Of a DNA stretch of 64,000 nucleotides, positions 22,801-32,000 are shown in pieces. The notes beneath the pieces are model-generated. The model was not told the DNA's origin. It did not search any database and saw only the letters and a program-made list of their open reading frames with translations. The stretch's first letter is position 1. Every line of letters begins with the position of its first letter. Source of the DNA: a virus; the IMG/VR virus record IMGVR_UViG_3300006752_000025, positions 4,955-68,954 of that record. The stretch is one strand, 5' to 3'. The translations under genes and the position numbers were made by a program.

Positions 22801-22974
22801 CACGGTATAGAAGTTAATGCTACAGTGACAAATATTGTAGACACTGGAAGAACAGAAACTGTTTATCACTTGTATGATGTAGGTGAACATCATAACTATT
22901 TTGTTGAAAATATATGTGTACACAATATGAGTTCACAAGATGGTACATCACAAGAAGCGGTAGTGAAGAAATAA
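7891..22974 (+). CDS. Giant virion/baseplate structural protein, N-terminal part (5027 aa) with YHYH, GSGY beta-repeats, PA14-like and C-terminal Hint domains
   Basis: Uninterrupted ORF coupled (TAATG) to the gp6-like gene. Motifs typical of giant baseplate proteins of large myoviruses (PPINADKFINYQEYYW, PHTHPWEMLGFTEKPLWW, QFEFYQGMIQNKGT, EWALRVGDFG, DWNVYE). Confidence 0.8.
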   Translation: MSDKIYKKLPVVHQTNAIKNFFDNTVEQLFSKANVELVKGFIGNQRGVDHDVEGAYIVQPTASKRFYSLSPTINTKTVDTNKPENLIFYDEFIDLLKSYGVQTKNHNKLFSDRYSTYLPPINADKFINYQEYYWVPEGPSVITVSGTASNYIDINLDILGKKSYALPDGMPMRNGMIVTFAGDYVIPASQTSKNFIVSGVGDSITLTEFTANNPVSYRLDTSVAWEKDYILQERGAKNKNAWSRVNHWYHIENFRDAGDVIPEKTKRANRPIIEFDKELELYEHGNSLLYSVEISAADFSYSDINGIDAGQFIDNVGIEGAYIIFPNESLEVSKYIYYASVNSGAIRLSRVASPNSPTGVPDGKDNFIPLEPTNGDVVLVKSGSKYLGSEYYWTGRGWEQTQHKSRVNQEPLFNLYDNKGQYIGDNDVYPQNSFTGNKIFGYAVDLSSQESNLSVSTVNDKELGFPLVYKQFKSSSEILFQNFQKTSNYNYIPFGGTSSKSINGYKFYKLDKQVVEYHAYWKHVQQPHVQKIIATYNLAQPVVDRQIKDFYIGAVPKTNPKFNSGYEIEITLNGNPLTGFQYFPSNKGFIRLDNVTYKANDILEISVNSDEGLIDDQNIPKYDLPLSWKNNVLKQDIISISEPEYMEHFSDYISNQKEFDGLKFGSNNSDSIVKEDMFANRITNADQNTILGAFLLDDQPHNLIDAMRFNRSEYTKFKNRIKNEINKYYDTKDTDGISTGDLLEQIIRIAQTYKVGRDVFNRTYILPYGDNYREEEFVVGIPTSTADRTFTSLYDADLDKLENSLLVYHNQKLLTVEHDYVISSFSPITITILDNVPLSSADIILFKLYDAERDSAQCPPTPSTMGLYPLFQPEITTDNSFSTPLDIIIGHDGSKTPTKGDLRDDLLLEFEKRIYNSAKAEFRTNNSMPEHSVFSSQNGAFRKETLEYKEFNDLMVSSYATWLLRNNLNGTANEFYSENDKFTWNYGNGSQLPGHWKGFYLYYYDTIKPHTHPWEMLGFTEKPLWWDTEYALYAPTDVNKVSPIIDYTPTNTKLWDDLENGIIRKGPRANLYNNLYKNNNPFRRIGLHEVLPVNSSGELIAPADIVSTETTSLAQTWNNEFVNVITDIQATSFNRIDGLSVSVDNSNLYVKSNTIPNHSIDGLHYEHSGHATLDGDTVEFNEVTYNIPKRDLQQISAIGNTDKQGSGPVAVAINGIPVYNIHSKESWNNEDEWHYSTVTKEHNDDETEHASADDGILHYHVFSPRVVGLSEWSTTEHSPIVGWALDGLPIYGPYGYADPDDSTSAITRIQSPWNVRSGSRLTGPGGAYTGQFVEDWEPTGSGDTYTNSYNVRYAKTPDSPDTKIRFYVATVDENNKPTFPYHVGGGSGAGTSGNNVYQNNFYSNAHDTGLIKEINIVNKGGQYTNATVAITGDGTGATATATIVDGSIQAITITNPGSNYTKAQATIQGDGYRAILTVVLDTADNNRNSGYFDTDAPEYIRSTKDISVTTNDGVDSRWAFGDCSPTEYAWRSTEEFPFAMSEALLLARPGLFATFFSNPVVLHRPSCNNQYLLNKDTGETWKFYDTAEFLIHGELDQNKKFTTAIGYSQFIYTWLQFQNLNISDDFAVKMRTLNTNLAQRMSGFVDKDTMVARTDQYSNDGNATSLIIPQENINVNLHSSNYKTRSFYSGVVIEKSATGYIIRGFDKNRGYFNVLPIDPKSPKSSISVGGEPAPHVQWEPGKSYAKGTIVENNRNYYRAKLNVTSGSTFELKYWNSLSKLPQQNGAEAALYSVRKTIPTRVYYDTEYTLVQEVFDFLVGLGAYNNQEGFDFGEFDGAINDVNDWMYAGKQFLFWTTGKWEIGNTIELSPLARRLRFTAPRGFIAKINRTDRDQFALMDQAGAVIDPTKCQINRENSEIEIIPPVGQQIYGCMLFTKEIEHALVFDNNTVFADVIFDDVHDQRHKRIKLKANRTRNWTGKFFSEGFIIDGDELRPNLDNMAESLGRYHELGFVPVEKQLYEQSRALFGYQEKSYLTELDVLDEQQFEFYQGMIQNKGTKESLTRLANSNSIVQGNITVFDEWALRVGDFGNTKNKQNIELKLYKSDFKQSSQLIKLDYPQSTTNCIERIDVFEARYQYEKLPVIEISMPSDPKGKQATAVVRLDNNNKLERIVVTDGGSGYNNPESLAARVVASNVLINEVETVLDKALVIGNTYITDTTSMRLELTDHVTDTTVALNVTNSNGSANVTGANIATAINSNALLNVNITASSISNYTDTDDDANITTLIAKDLITLSGSDFTVVDGANIGITNARYQPQQKFSLVGALANTDSNYETNANDIVVEVDDVNVPRVDEFNALDVYWTFDKGSNFQITTSADYPSLDINTIADANNNAFALLNNSVTLAFPGSNNIASSNLIKGSNSQYKYVEVYINNVQIFNSPSTYTSDGEVVSDGNVFTLTTSGITFNDISLLPNTVLTPDINPPIDTDANGQQRDTYYTLKEGSTIQITERPTLQFTDKFVGDLPESTVRIKVTAKEGIAPRVGIKRTYDVVPSTSKDIVVFDIDDSTRFLKKPEGTKISKLWPTTANVDLLGMTDSNYPKISNAGYVNSANVNFLAFDVQSLSDLYRDDFIFKPKQNDYIHVAKSENEDWNVYELMPAGDDVLSESASTKVNYLERSTSGNVSLFTNYSLLSYIDSNQIGENNTGKYLDFVLSLQNANVNDNIVLWNNEKIIREATSKVKGFEAPRQIEARIQSIGPLNAFNIASTEPAISQVYSGLRARVLPTSDGNTLQLTGSVGTIGNGDAVQIIDNVGTTVQRDTVVATVSSGNVSLNPTSIANLTITSAGSGYNEPPTVTVSPDLGANITAGIEGNVSTVNIVTDNNFQTANVTLGGGGGTGATVRTEIFDAELVGFTVTDGGSGYLYDSSGNPTQAVTVTVSGSGTAEVRDFDVDPSTGEILNINVTNGGSGYDSGSLPSVTISGSGGSGATAVPIIQGNVRAIVTNIGSGYTQPPAVIIHGDGTGFSGEAVLNAKVTSLTVNNGGVGYTSTPTISISGSATATPNMDFGNAEIDQNIIDDGTFLKTKVVITGSINVDTIFGLPSEANTSTINKINSLFQNDHTVIGYSQNSTSALLHINEPLLEDADVVSNINNLAFQIKSYKDYSPSTGRYFVVSNVTQRSFTITRPNSVDGNGVSVRHLNDTKLVTGDSLIPINGGDIVRVNANNFEGMFRVKSSENGNITIPSPFTFDFQSGTVSTEGIKIKTVSDHGISPLYAEYGKRIAVHFANPKTYNQIYKIDKVTPTELYINNRWAKTSKTQVYYDHKIGTINGSVPYEAGNINADYANSTNTVGLTRSTDLTETLVKYTSNSQIVNPRFVSVVEDGTVCAIHPDALPADTTISVDVDIQRDIGRDILYPQLSTIDQGVVTLKGSQQHLTSYNNPQALENDLNRTIKLKQSFTDPSSMTTVNPKTGLPAMQLKIPMLRSPWLPVVGDTPAPLIHDYGPYVLSTEALNNIEQNYVTGSMVLGSDDESRIDPAFYKGAKQSGPIYGLRYTKEDINYVWDNEIQQYVPEFTIIKNGEIVNSLGDQSVPPMPEFHVPQSVLNNSPVTVREDFVLKQIPGSANSNRPWRPVRKQQTYNMLDNKTFTAGSDEITIPAYRLRAIKNENVFLIYQAVQNTDNHVYYAKVDESNPPNLDHDFNATINRYADFGQYDTTDYYWRNEILPSIDSDNKISDPKDPIRLRKTKNIINLSAVEPAAYVGPQLIPEPFALAGGNNSDRVANFTALPIGTQAKPSTFLDYAPGEPGGVLPGGAEGEELYVPQTGFGRFLLWTPGLAPGQWAPTSGGPGAIDTESLGYGSGYYQVDDDHDVLDYPDVSGLTYDKPIARFKYSRRFNILPTVYNSNRRIYEINGTRYTEDELVALTPDTRSRDGDSNQAFWDGIFEDINGIDKEIDYNFFFDEEWWDYLEIEELVLDNIATEGNNDVDNTKLRPEHIFVACFWTESFTYVQQITGYNYDQLDADGAPAPIYSDYDGTVVRVKYIRLTELPPNAITRRLIPDTGWAGKGWNNVTVDYAIQQNNGDQTDIDSYIDQFDPVETGSGSTGGDDTLVVDLPALTRSATPIPVEGSSQNYSLSNTRLLSSGELEQQLGFQSVPTGEGGAPVNTLAKLTQAPGPCLSITTPDDPTPPGTTAPGSCTDKETMMLYESISDNIESGCNPGSVPSSDKTQSEKSSITDLLIQDASSCVFFDGARYQNGDGKLNMFFGKSVKIATSGTVDLFINSHIENNANKDKPFGNATGYVVWQSDQPLWDGNANKAFSSRTFLIDWLNRPETRLLKSTMNNSNDIPTRSGDQISRYGVDSNLSEGNTRYTQVDGVFDTDDRGLAIYPGGNKETKLYNDLTFTRLIEDLDNNNISVKWADWHSDIGTAMLGKGFNPNNQFGMQGIGYIRASNVDCNKGLYITVMMVPSFTSTNGNSLTDINHPSNYDRLSDAYNYFEEVDDTGNGPSTVRNQAVIRFLGEKPDDYVPPGPTCDDTNRPSRAYRNGAVLKGWRATRSNNNSAQDGRSGEDWRGNKREVDNVYWPYHSLGSITPNYFKGFNNNNIWGPWRSRTAGSTPILTTNIRSFHKYNSGRGEHSYEAKGYMFAPYTGVYYFSGWGDDQLIVWLSSGPAESDLDIWNAYPTSYYGAGAYKSHARIGVPDDGSGPSGEAAGTYEEWFTDDGFDADNPRNYISTPNVEHNGTWSDRDGSSTVNNSTSGPPPNWLMKTGWTTSNEKKASWWNQWQKHKKAVYLEANKFYFTRLMFSNRGGPGHYGLMWTCDRANGGIITGIPTFGGFSCEDDGPPTDGGGGGTPGGGGGGGCFTGNMKICMADGTQKEIKDVAVGEKVKSLDTDTNEIVEVAVSGLMTPRTCNIYELTLDNGTVIETTADHPFRTVDGNWANIDPNFVQPGAGYITQSGDAVQAEKLEVDTILHGIEVNATVTNIVDTGRTETVYHLYDVGEHHNYFVENICVHNMSSQDGTSQEAVVKK
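11332..12040 (+). other. YHYH-family domain within the giant protein (approximate bounds)
   Basis: VKSNTIPNH...GPVAVAINGIPVYN...GILHYH...HSPIVGWALDGLPIYGPYGY...PTFPY. Confidence 0.7.
21793..22338 (+). other. PA14/GLEYA-like carbohydrate-binding domain (approximate bounds)
   Basis: YEAKGYMFAPYTGVYYFSGWGDDQLIVWL...VYLEANKFYFTRLMFSNRGGPG, including the adjacent DD typical of PA14 lectins. Confidence 0.65.
22465..22926 (+). other. Hint (intein-like/BIL, PT-HINT-type) autoprocessing domain, 154 aa
   Basis: After a poly-Gly linker: block A CFTGNMKICMADG..K.I.DV.VGE.V, block B TADHPF, blocks F/G TVYHL...HNYFVENICVHN. No endonuclease insert. The +1 residue is Met. Confidence 0.9.
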
Positions 22975-22994
22975 TAACCCATGTTTTGTAGTCT

Positions 22995-23002
22995 GATAAA
23001 TA
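22995..23002 (+). promoter_or_regulatory. Late promoter GATAAATA
   Basis: In the 46-nt gap between the two giant genes; followed by GAGGA SD and TTG start at 23021. Confidence 0.75.
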
Positions 23003-23020
23003 TAGGAAAGAGGAAATAAA

Positions 23021-26000
23021 TTGGCTGTTGAAAATTATACCACAACTGATTCTATAGAGATAGATTCGCAAGTTGGAAATCTCAATCCGTACTCATGGCC
23101 AGGCTTTGAGTTGCTGTTTCATGACTGGCAAAAATTAAATGGTTCAGATCTTAACACTGGAAGATCATTAACTAATTTTACTAGTGACCTCAGAGAATTA
23201 GAAGAATTATGGGGTGTATGGAATTCAGGTAATTTTGCCACAGCACAAGAATTAGCAGACCCAACAGGTTATCGAAAAAGTTTATTTGAATGGACATTAA
23301 CATATACAAATCCTTCTCAAAATCCGTGGACTGAAATACCAGCACAAAACTTTTTTAATAATTTCAGAAGTGTAGGTTTCGATTTTCCTACAACTAGAAC
23401 AATCAACCCAATTCCTATTTTCAACGAAGATAGAACTTATGTAAGTCAAAGCAATAGCAGAGAAGCATGGTATAAAAACTTTATTAAGTATTCTCGTCTT
23501 AAAGATATGGGTTCACTTAATTTTAGACAAGCAGTATTTAGAGGCTATCATAATAATAACAACACTGATTATTTGCAGTCAACATTCAAGCCTGCAAATT
23601 TCTTTGAAACAATATTTAATCGTGATGTTAAAGTACAATTACTTGATCGTTGGGCTGACACCATACTAAATGCTGATCCATATACTCAGATGCCTGGTAT
23701 GCCAGCAGGTATATCACAAAGAGATTATGCATTTTATGAATTACAGTTAGCAAGAATTCTCACAGGTTCGTTTTTTAATACTAGTGTGTTTAATGATATG
23801 TCTTTAGCAAGAGCTGAATACATTAGCCCAGCATGGATTTATGAAAATGTAGAAGTAGGAAATCCTGCATACATTCCAGGTGCTCAAAATGCATTTGGTT
23901 CTATAGGCGGCAAAATTCAGGCAGGAGTTGGACTGTCACCTATTATACCATGGACTAGCGAGTACTGGAAACAAAATGGTGACTTATGGCGTTACATGAG
24001 AGCCGAATACATTAAAATTTGGCATGAGTCCGCTCAACACAAAGCATTTGCATATTGGCACTATAAATTAAATGGCAAGGATTGGAATAAAGCAATTTCT
24101 AAAACACCAATGCTTAAGAATTCTGGGCAACCTGGTGTTGGACATTATGGCTTAATTTATAATGCTAAAGGTATTGAGTACAATTTTGTTAATAGATTTA
24201 CAAATTGGAAAACATACAGAGGTGTAAGTGAAAGTGATTTTGAAACATTAGAAGGACCACCTACTGACTACGAAAGAATATATGCTGACTTTACAGATAG
24301 TGAGAACTTTGACGGGTCTTGGACAACTGTTGGAAGTAACTATATTAATACAGGAAGTTCTTCTGCAGAGTCCGCACCGGCCACAAGAATATATACAAAG
24401 TTAACTACTGAGATACCAGATACAACTGTGTTGCCATACGAACCAGAAGTATCCATTACTGGCAGTAAATTAGGACTGTCATGTCTTGGTACACCACTTG
24501 GTTCAATGTATGTTGGAGCAAGTGATGCCGAAGGTAGAAAGCCAGTAACATGCTCTGAGGCATTAGCACATTGTCTAACACTAAATGCATATTGGGGAGG
24601 TGAGTCTCAACAAGATGCTATTAATAGATGTGTAGAATTACAAAAAGGTAACGACACTCCTTTAACAAATTACAATTACAAGAAAGGTGTTGTAGACGAC
24701 AACGCAAGTATAAAAGAAAAATATTTTGCGGCATTCAACCCAGAACAGTTAGGAAGTGTAAAAGCAGGAAACAATAGTCCTTTCTATGCTAAACCTTACA
24801 GCGGTAACAAATTTATACCGTCAACTGCTAAGGCACCAAAAAGAATCAAGTTATCAGAATTACAAGAGGTTGGATTTAGTCAAGAGTTATCAACTGATCG
24901 ATATGTTAATCAAACCACGCAAAGAGTAAGTGGTGGTTTTGTAATACCACTTGCTAAAAAATTAACAACGATTGCTAGAGAATCTACTCCTCTACAATCA
25001 TATGATGCAAATGAAGAACCGTGGGCAAAAAATTTACAGAATTTATTGAACCTCAATAAAACAAGTAGAACTATAAGTTATCAGCCAGTTAAAGTAGGTT
25101 CACAATACTATGTAAACGGACAACCGGTTAGTAATATAACGTCAGGTACTCCTAAAACAGAAGATAGTATCACAGTACCATTTGATGATACACCTACAAT
25201 ACCAACTACATCACAACCAGCATCACCATCACCAGGCTTCAGTGCTACACAAGAAGAAGATGTTTTTATTCCAGAACCACTGGAATATGCTGAGCCGTTT
25301 GATGATATAAAATACAACAATGTTCAGATGTTAGACATAACTCCGTTGGAGTTTGGCCCAGGTGGATTTTTAGAGCCGGCAGGCCCTCCAGCAAGAGTTG
25401 AGTTTAGAGCACCAGTACCTAGTGTAACTATACCCCAAGGAGACTTAACAGGTTTAAGCAGAGGTTCTGAGTTATTACTAAACGGACGTAAAGTTATTTT
25501 TAGAGGCAATGGTGTAATAGATATTGCAACACAGGTTAATTGTTTACGATCAGGTATAAGAGCTGAAGTATCAGTAGGCTCAGATGGCGGCGAAGAAATA
25601 GTGCTATCAAGTTGTGACGGAATGCCATTTAATATTGCAAACGGTTGTGGATCCGGCAAATACAAACAGGTTGGTGACTTCCATATTAACAGAGGTTTTG
25701 AACAAAGAGCAGATAATCATAAAACTATTGCTAAAACTGCAAATGCTACAATTTTTAGTGCTAACGATGTTATTGGTGGAACATATCCTGTAACAAAAGG
25801 AACACAATCAAGTACAAAACCATATCCGCAATCATATCTCAAAACAGAGTTAATTGATCAAGGTAGAAGTCCATTTTTATCATTGAGACACACACCTGAT
25901 GAATTAGACGACCCGGAAAATGCAACAATTGATGAACTTCTAAAAGCAAAGTATTATGACTTTGACCCAGATCCAAATTTAGAAAGATTTGTTGAATACG

Positions 26001-29000
26001 TACCTAAAGAAGAAGAACTACGTGCAATGGGATTCAAGAAAGGTGAAGCACCTAATGTTTGGTTACCACAAGTTACAGAAACAGAATCTAATGTATCAGT
26101 TTACAGCACAGGTGGTAGTGGTTATGCAATTGGAGATCGTTTAAGACTAGTAGGTGGCACACCAGTTCAAGATCCTCGTGGTCCATTAACAATGATTTGT
26201 ATAGATAGTGCAGGTGCAGGTTATACAGATCCTAACTATATACAAATTGTTATTGATTCTAGTGGAAACAATGGTGAAGGCTCAGGCATAGGCGCCGCGG
26301 CAGTTGTGAGAACATTGGATGAAAATGGCGGCATAGCATCAATTGAATTATTAAACGGTGGCTTTGGATATGATTATAATAGTCCACCAGAAGTTACAGT
26401 AATTGACTATTCACCAAAAGTTGCAGTTAGCGAAACAATCAATGATGCATGGACACCTCAATTGACAGTGGTTCCTAATACACTTTACAAGGTTACTAGA
26501 GAAGTTCAGGAATTTGATGTAAATGGTAACGCAACAGGAACAACAGAAATTTTTGATAAGTTTGTTCGCTCCGTCCGCCCTGCCACTATTGGTGAATCGC
26601 ATACAATCCCAATCGTATCGCTGAATAGAAATCCTGATGGTTCTTTAACAGATAATCGTGAAGACCGAGGCTACGGCAATGCTGATGTAGGCTTAGGAGG
26701 CATGACTTCCTTACAAGGAGTTTATTGGGTAGATCCAGACGTTGAGCCACATGTAAGACAAGCAGAAAGAGCCAGAATTGTACTCAATAATAATGGTTTA
26801 ATGAATGGCCTTGATATAGGCGAAGCACTAAGAACACAATCATATGTTGAAATAGGCCACTATCCGATCAGCGACGACGTTACAAAAATATTAGATGCAA
26901 ACGTAACATACGCAAATGTATTTGGTAACTCAGGAAATGCAAATGACACGCATCATTCGTTGGTACTTAATAATGTAGATGGTATTGAAGTTGGTGATCT
27001 AGTTGTTAACACCACATACGATGCTGACGAAGATCGTGGAGATATTGATCTTGCTAACACAACTAGATGGCATGGATATGTAACCAGTGTAGATGAAAAC
27101 ACCGATACAGTTGTGATAGAATTAGAATCTAATCATTGGCGTAAACAAGCATACGACTCTACATTTACTTACAGTGATCCAGGCGATAACTCTCTTGATT
27201 ATAAAGCAGGTGATACCATTACGTTTGGCCACAAAAGATATACATTATTTTGGGTTCCAAAGTCACTGCAAATAGAATCTTTGGAAACACCACCAACTAT
27301 TGGCGCCTCAGAAATGATTCCAGGTAACACATACACTATTAAAAATAGAGGTTTTGTGGATTGGCGCGATTATGGGTGCAACGAAGAAAAGCCACCTGTA
27401 GGAACTACGTTTGTAATGACAGGTGACGCCAGTGCTGAAACATCTGGTGCTGTTTATGACGACAATTACATGGTTGATAGTGTAATCAGAAAAGAGAACG
27501 ATCAATATGGCGCATTTAATTTCTCACCGTATTTCTTTGAAATACAACATCAAACTTTTGTAAGTGGTGAGGCTGTTAATGCTGTATTTCCAAGGCATAC
27601 AAGAATTAGTATAGAAGCCAGAAGCACATGGATAACTGACTACAACACACCTCCTGAATATGAACAGGGTGTTGATTGGTGGACAGAGACAGTAAACCCA
27701 AACATGCAAAAAGTTCCAGCAAAATTGTCTGCTCTTATCGGAATTGACCCTGCCAGTTTAGGTGTAGACAGAACAGGACTTGCAGATTTACTATCTCCTA
27801 ATGCAGAGATGTCAGCAGATTCAAAAGGCATGGAAGGCCCATTACGTGTAGCAAAATTTATTGTTAACGGAATAGATGACAGTGGTGGAATTACATCTCT
27901 AAAATGTATAGACCGCGGCTTATATGAAATTTTCCCAAGTGATTTAACATATGGTATTCCGTTAGAATACGATTATGAACCAATTGGCTTCAGTGGACAA
28001 ATAACAAAAACAGAGCCTTTCTTAGAAAACTTTTTTAGTTCTAAAGCCAAGGTATTAGGTATAGGCGACCCTAGTAGAAACAATATTTTTTATAGTGACA
28101 TTGAAGATTCCTATAATATTATTCAAGGTTTTAGTGCCACAATAGATAACGAAATTGTAGAAGCAGGTGGTAAAACTGGTGTTGACGTACACCCTGAATA
28201 TGCTGAAGGAACAGTGTTTAATGAAACTGGAACCTTGCCAGAATACGGCACTAATTTCAAACACCCAGATTGGATAAAATATCCTGAATTCATATACACA
28301 GGCTTTCCTCGAGATCCAAATGGTACTACAGAAGACAAATTAAAATGGGTAAAGTATAATGGTAGTCCAGGTGCATATGATCCAAGTGTGTTTGTATTAG
28401 TTGATTACGAACCTCTATTGACATCATGGCCAACGCCTCCCACAGATGCTAAACAATGGGAAACCTTTGCTGAACAAGCATACAATTTAGGTTTACTATT
28501 GCGAAAAGAATATGCAATTGAATTTGATCCTAATGCTACCATAATAGATGAAGATGGCAATGAAGTAAACAATTACGGAAAATACATGAAACCTAAAGTG
28601 GTACCTGGTGGTACTGGTGCAAGGGTATTCTTAACAAGTCAAAATGTACCAAACTGTAATGAAAAAGGCACTATCAAAGAACAATTGAATTTACCAGATG
28701 TAGTACAAGAAATAAATGCTCCTGCTGACATAGCACGTAGAATGAGAGATGCATTCAGCGGCGTAGGATATGACCCAGACGATCTCAATGCAACTATTGA
28801 TGATGGAAGAGATATTGTACCATTAACAATTAAAACATCGTATCCAGGAATAAGAGTGCAATCCCCAACCGGTGATCCACAGGGTCCGGTAGAGATACCA
28901 TTGGGCGACTATAATGTAGCATCTTACTGTATAGAAGGAACAATTGATGTAGGTGGCTTATCACAAAATGCCGCTACTGATTTATACAAAAGAAAAGTAC

Positions 29001-32000
29001 AAGAATTAATTGATTCTGGCCAACTAGGAGTACTAGAAGCAGATCAAATACGTGCATTAGTAGGTCCGGATCGAAATGTATCAGATGATGCTGTAGTGAT
29101 GACTATGCTTTGTGTCGATACTGTGGGTAGGCCACCACAACCAACAACAAATGGAAATGATCAAGCAGGTAATCCAATTAACTTTGAACGTTTTCCTTTG
29201 AATGATAACAACAGTCTATTCGGTGATGGTGATGCTGAAAGTTGGATGGAAGTTTATGAATACGATTTACAAACTCTGCAAGGAGGCAATGTATTCTTGA
29301 CAGGTTCATCAAACCAAGTTACGCCAGTGATGGTATTTGAAAGCAAAAGATTTAACGACAATAATATACTTGCTATCGGGGAAGAAGTAGATAGTCAAAA
29401 CATTTATGTGCAAGAACCTAAGGCATGGGTTGACAATTTTGTTTCAACAGAAGCAAATATTTCATTAGATGCTATGCCAGGATTCATACAAGGTGGTTGG
29501 GCATATTTAGAATATGGTGTTCCTATTAGATGGCAAACTGAATTAGTAGATGTAGACTATATTCAAAATTCTATTATATATGATCCTGAAACTGGTAACA
29601 AAGAATTTGATCTTAATTTGTGGGATCCATTCAAAGGTGTATTACCAGGATTTATGGACAATGAGATACATTATATCACTGACATTGATCCAGTTAATTA
29701 TAATTCTGCAAGAACATTATTTGGCAAGGATCAAGTAGGAAAAGTTTGGTGGGATACCAGCACAGTAAAATATACATGGTATGAGCAAGGCCCATTAGAA
29801 GAAAGAGCAAAAAATTGGGGTAGAGCATTTCCTGGTAGTTCCATAACTGTTTGTGAATGGGTAGAAAGTAAATCACTTCCACAGAATTGGACAGGTGATG
29901 GAACTCCTAGATGGACAAATCAATATGTAACAGAACGTAGATTAGATACAAACGGCGAATACAAGCAGATGTATTACTACTGGGTAATGAATAGAACTAA
30001 AGTAGATAATCGTTCAAAACGTGATCTAGGAAGAAAAGTAGACACAAGAACGTTGGCTAGATATATTGCTAATCCAATCGGCTACGGTATTAAATTACTT
30101 ACAGCAATATCCAATGACACATTAGTTTTATCTAACGTTGATAAAGACATAGACCAAGAAGTAAATCTACAAGTTAATATTAACAACTCTAAAAATAATG
30201 AAGGCATAAATCATACTGCTTGGAAACTACTTAGAGAAAATGACGACAGTAACAAAATACCTGATTTCCTAATTGAAAAATTAATAGACAGTATTTGTGG
30301 ACAAGATATTTTGGGTAACATGGTACCTGCGAACAACCTCAGTGAAATTGAAAAGTACGGTATTGCTGTAAGACCTAGACAAACAATGTTTTGTGATATC
30401 AAAGAAGCAAGAAGATTATTGGTATCTAAACTAAATGAAATATTAGCAGATACAAAACTTAATACAGAATATAAAAACTGGAACATTGGACTAAGTACAA
30501 ATCTTAATTATGTTAACACTGTAAACTATTACGAAACTATTCGTGTAGATGAACAAACTAATCAAAAAATTCGTTATAACGATTCATACAAGCCAACTTA
30601 CAAAGTTGCTAGTATCGAAGAAATGGATAGATTAACAGATTTGCCTGATGCAACTGTAGTTCAAGTACAATACAAAAACAGCAGAGAATCTAAACTATTT
30701 TTATATAACGCACCATTAACACAATTTGATTTAGTGTCTATAAAAGATGAAACTATTGAGTTTAGTGATAGAGTTTATATCGATGAACCTAATACAGGAC
30801 TTGCATTAGAACTAAGAGAAGTCTTAACTGCGTTAATTAATAATGTGTTTGCAACAAACGGAAGAATAAATGAAATCTTCTTTGAACTAATGAAGTTTGC
30901 GTATTTAGAGCAAGGCGAATTAAGTTGGGCGTTCAAGACAAGTTATGTATATATCGAAAAAGAAGAATCAGATCTAATTAAGTTCAATGGATTCAAACCT
31001 GATAACTTTGAAAAAGTTCTTAGTTATATGGAAGAAGTCAAACCATTTAGTTCTAAGATAAGAGAATACAAAGACGGTAAGAAAACACCTATAGATATTA
31101 TAGGACAAAATGCATTAACTGATTTTGACAAGCCGCCTTATGTAGATCCAATAACAAATTCAATCAGAATACTAGATGACTTTGACAGAGAAGACTCTGA
31201 AATAATGAGACAACATAAACGATATGTTGACTATTATAAACAAAGACTAGAGGATATGTCAACCAATCCGTTGAGAAAAGTTAAATCTACATTGGTGTTT
31301 GATAGAACAAACTGGAGGTTAACAACATCAGAATGGGACAAATCAAATGTAACATTGTCTGACAGCATAGGTCAAAATATTGCAAACTTGAATTTGTTAA
31401 GCAACGCAAACATAACTGCTAGAACAAGTACATTGGTTCCTGCTAATGCAACAATACGTGCAACAGATAGAATATTCAAGTACGATCAAGAAGTTCAGAA
31501 TATGTTTGCATCAGAAGTAAATGCTTACTTCAATACTGCAAATGCCTCAGCAAATCTTAACATTATAGGCAATGCAGAATTAATGTCTAATATGGTTGAA
31601 GCAAATAGACTTAATGGAACATTTGCATTAATCAAAGACAAAGTAGGTGGTAACTTCAGAGGTGAGGAATTAGACGGCTATAACTTTACAACTATACCTG
31701 ATGACATTTATTATACAACTGAAAAAATTACTGAGTTTGGTTATTCATCATTACCTTATGATGACAACACCGATAAAGATACCAGTATTATAATTGATAA
31801 TGAATACGGAACAACCACAGTAGGTACAGGTGATTTGACCTGGGATAGGATTGTAGAATTACAAGAATACGAGGGTGTGTTCAAGGGTAATGCAACAATT
31901 AGACGTGATGGAAATATTAAAGAAGGCTTTGATGGCATTACATTCCAACGTGTAGGGTACGGTGAAGAAAGACCAGAGGAATTGGCATTGCTCGATCCTT

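Noticed and set aside
22465-22926. Mobile homing intein
   Set aside because: No endonuclease domain, no +1 Cys/Ser/Thr, and C-terminal location after a Gly linker; fits a BIL/Hint processing domain.
22972-23021. Programmed frameshift or read-through fusing the two giant ORFs
   Set aside because: Tandem TAA TAA, an in-frame TAG at 23003 upstream of ORF2, no slippery site, and a dedicated promoter and SD for ORF2.
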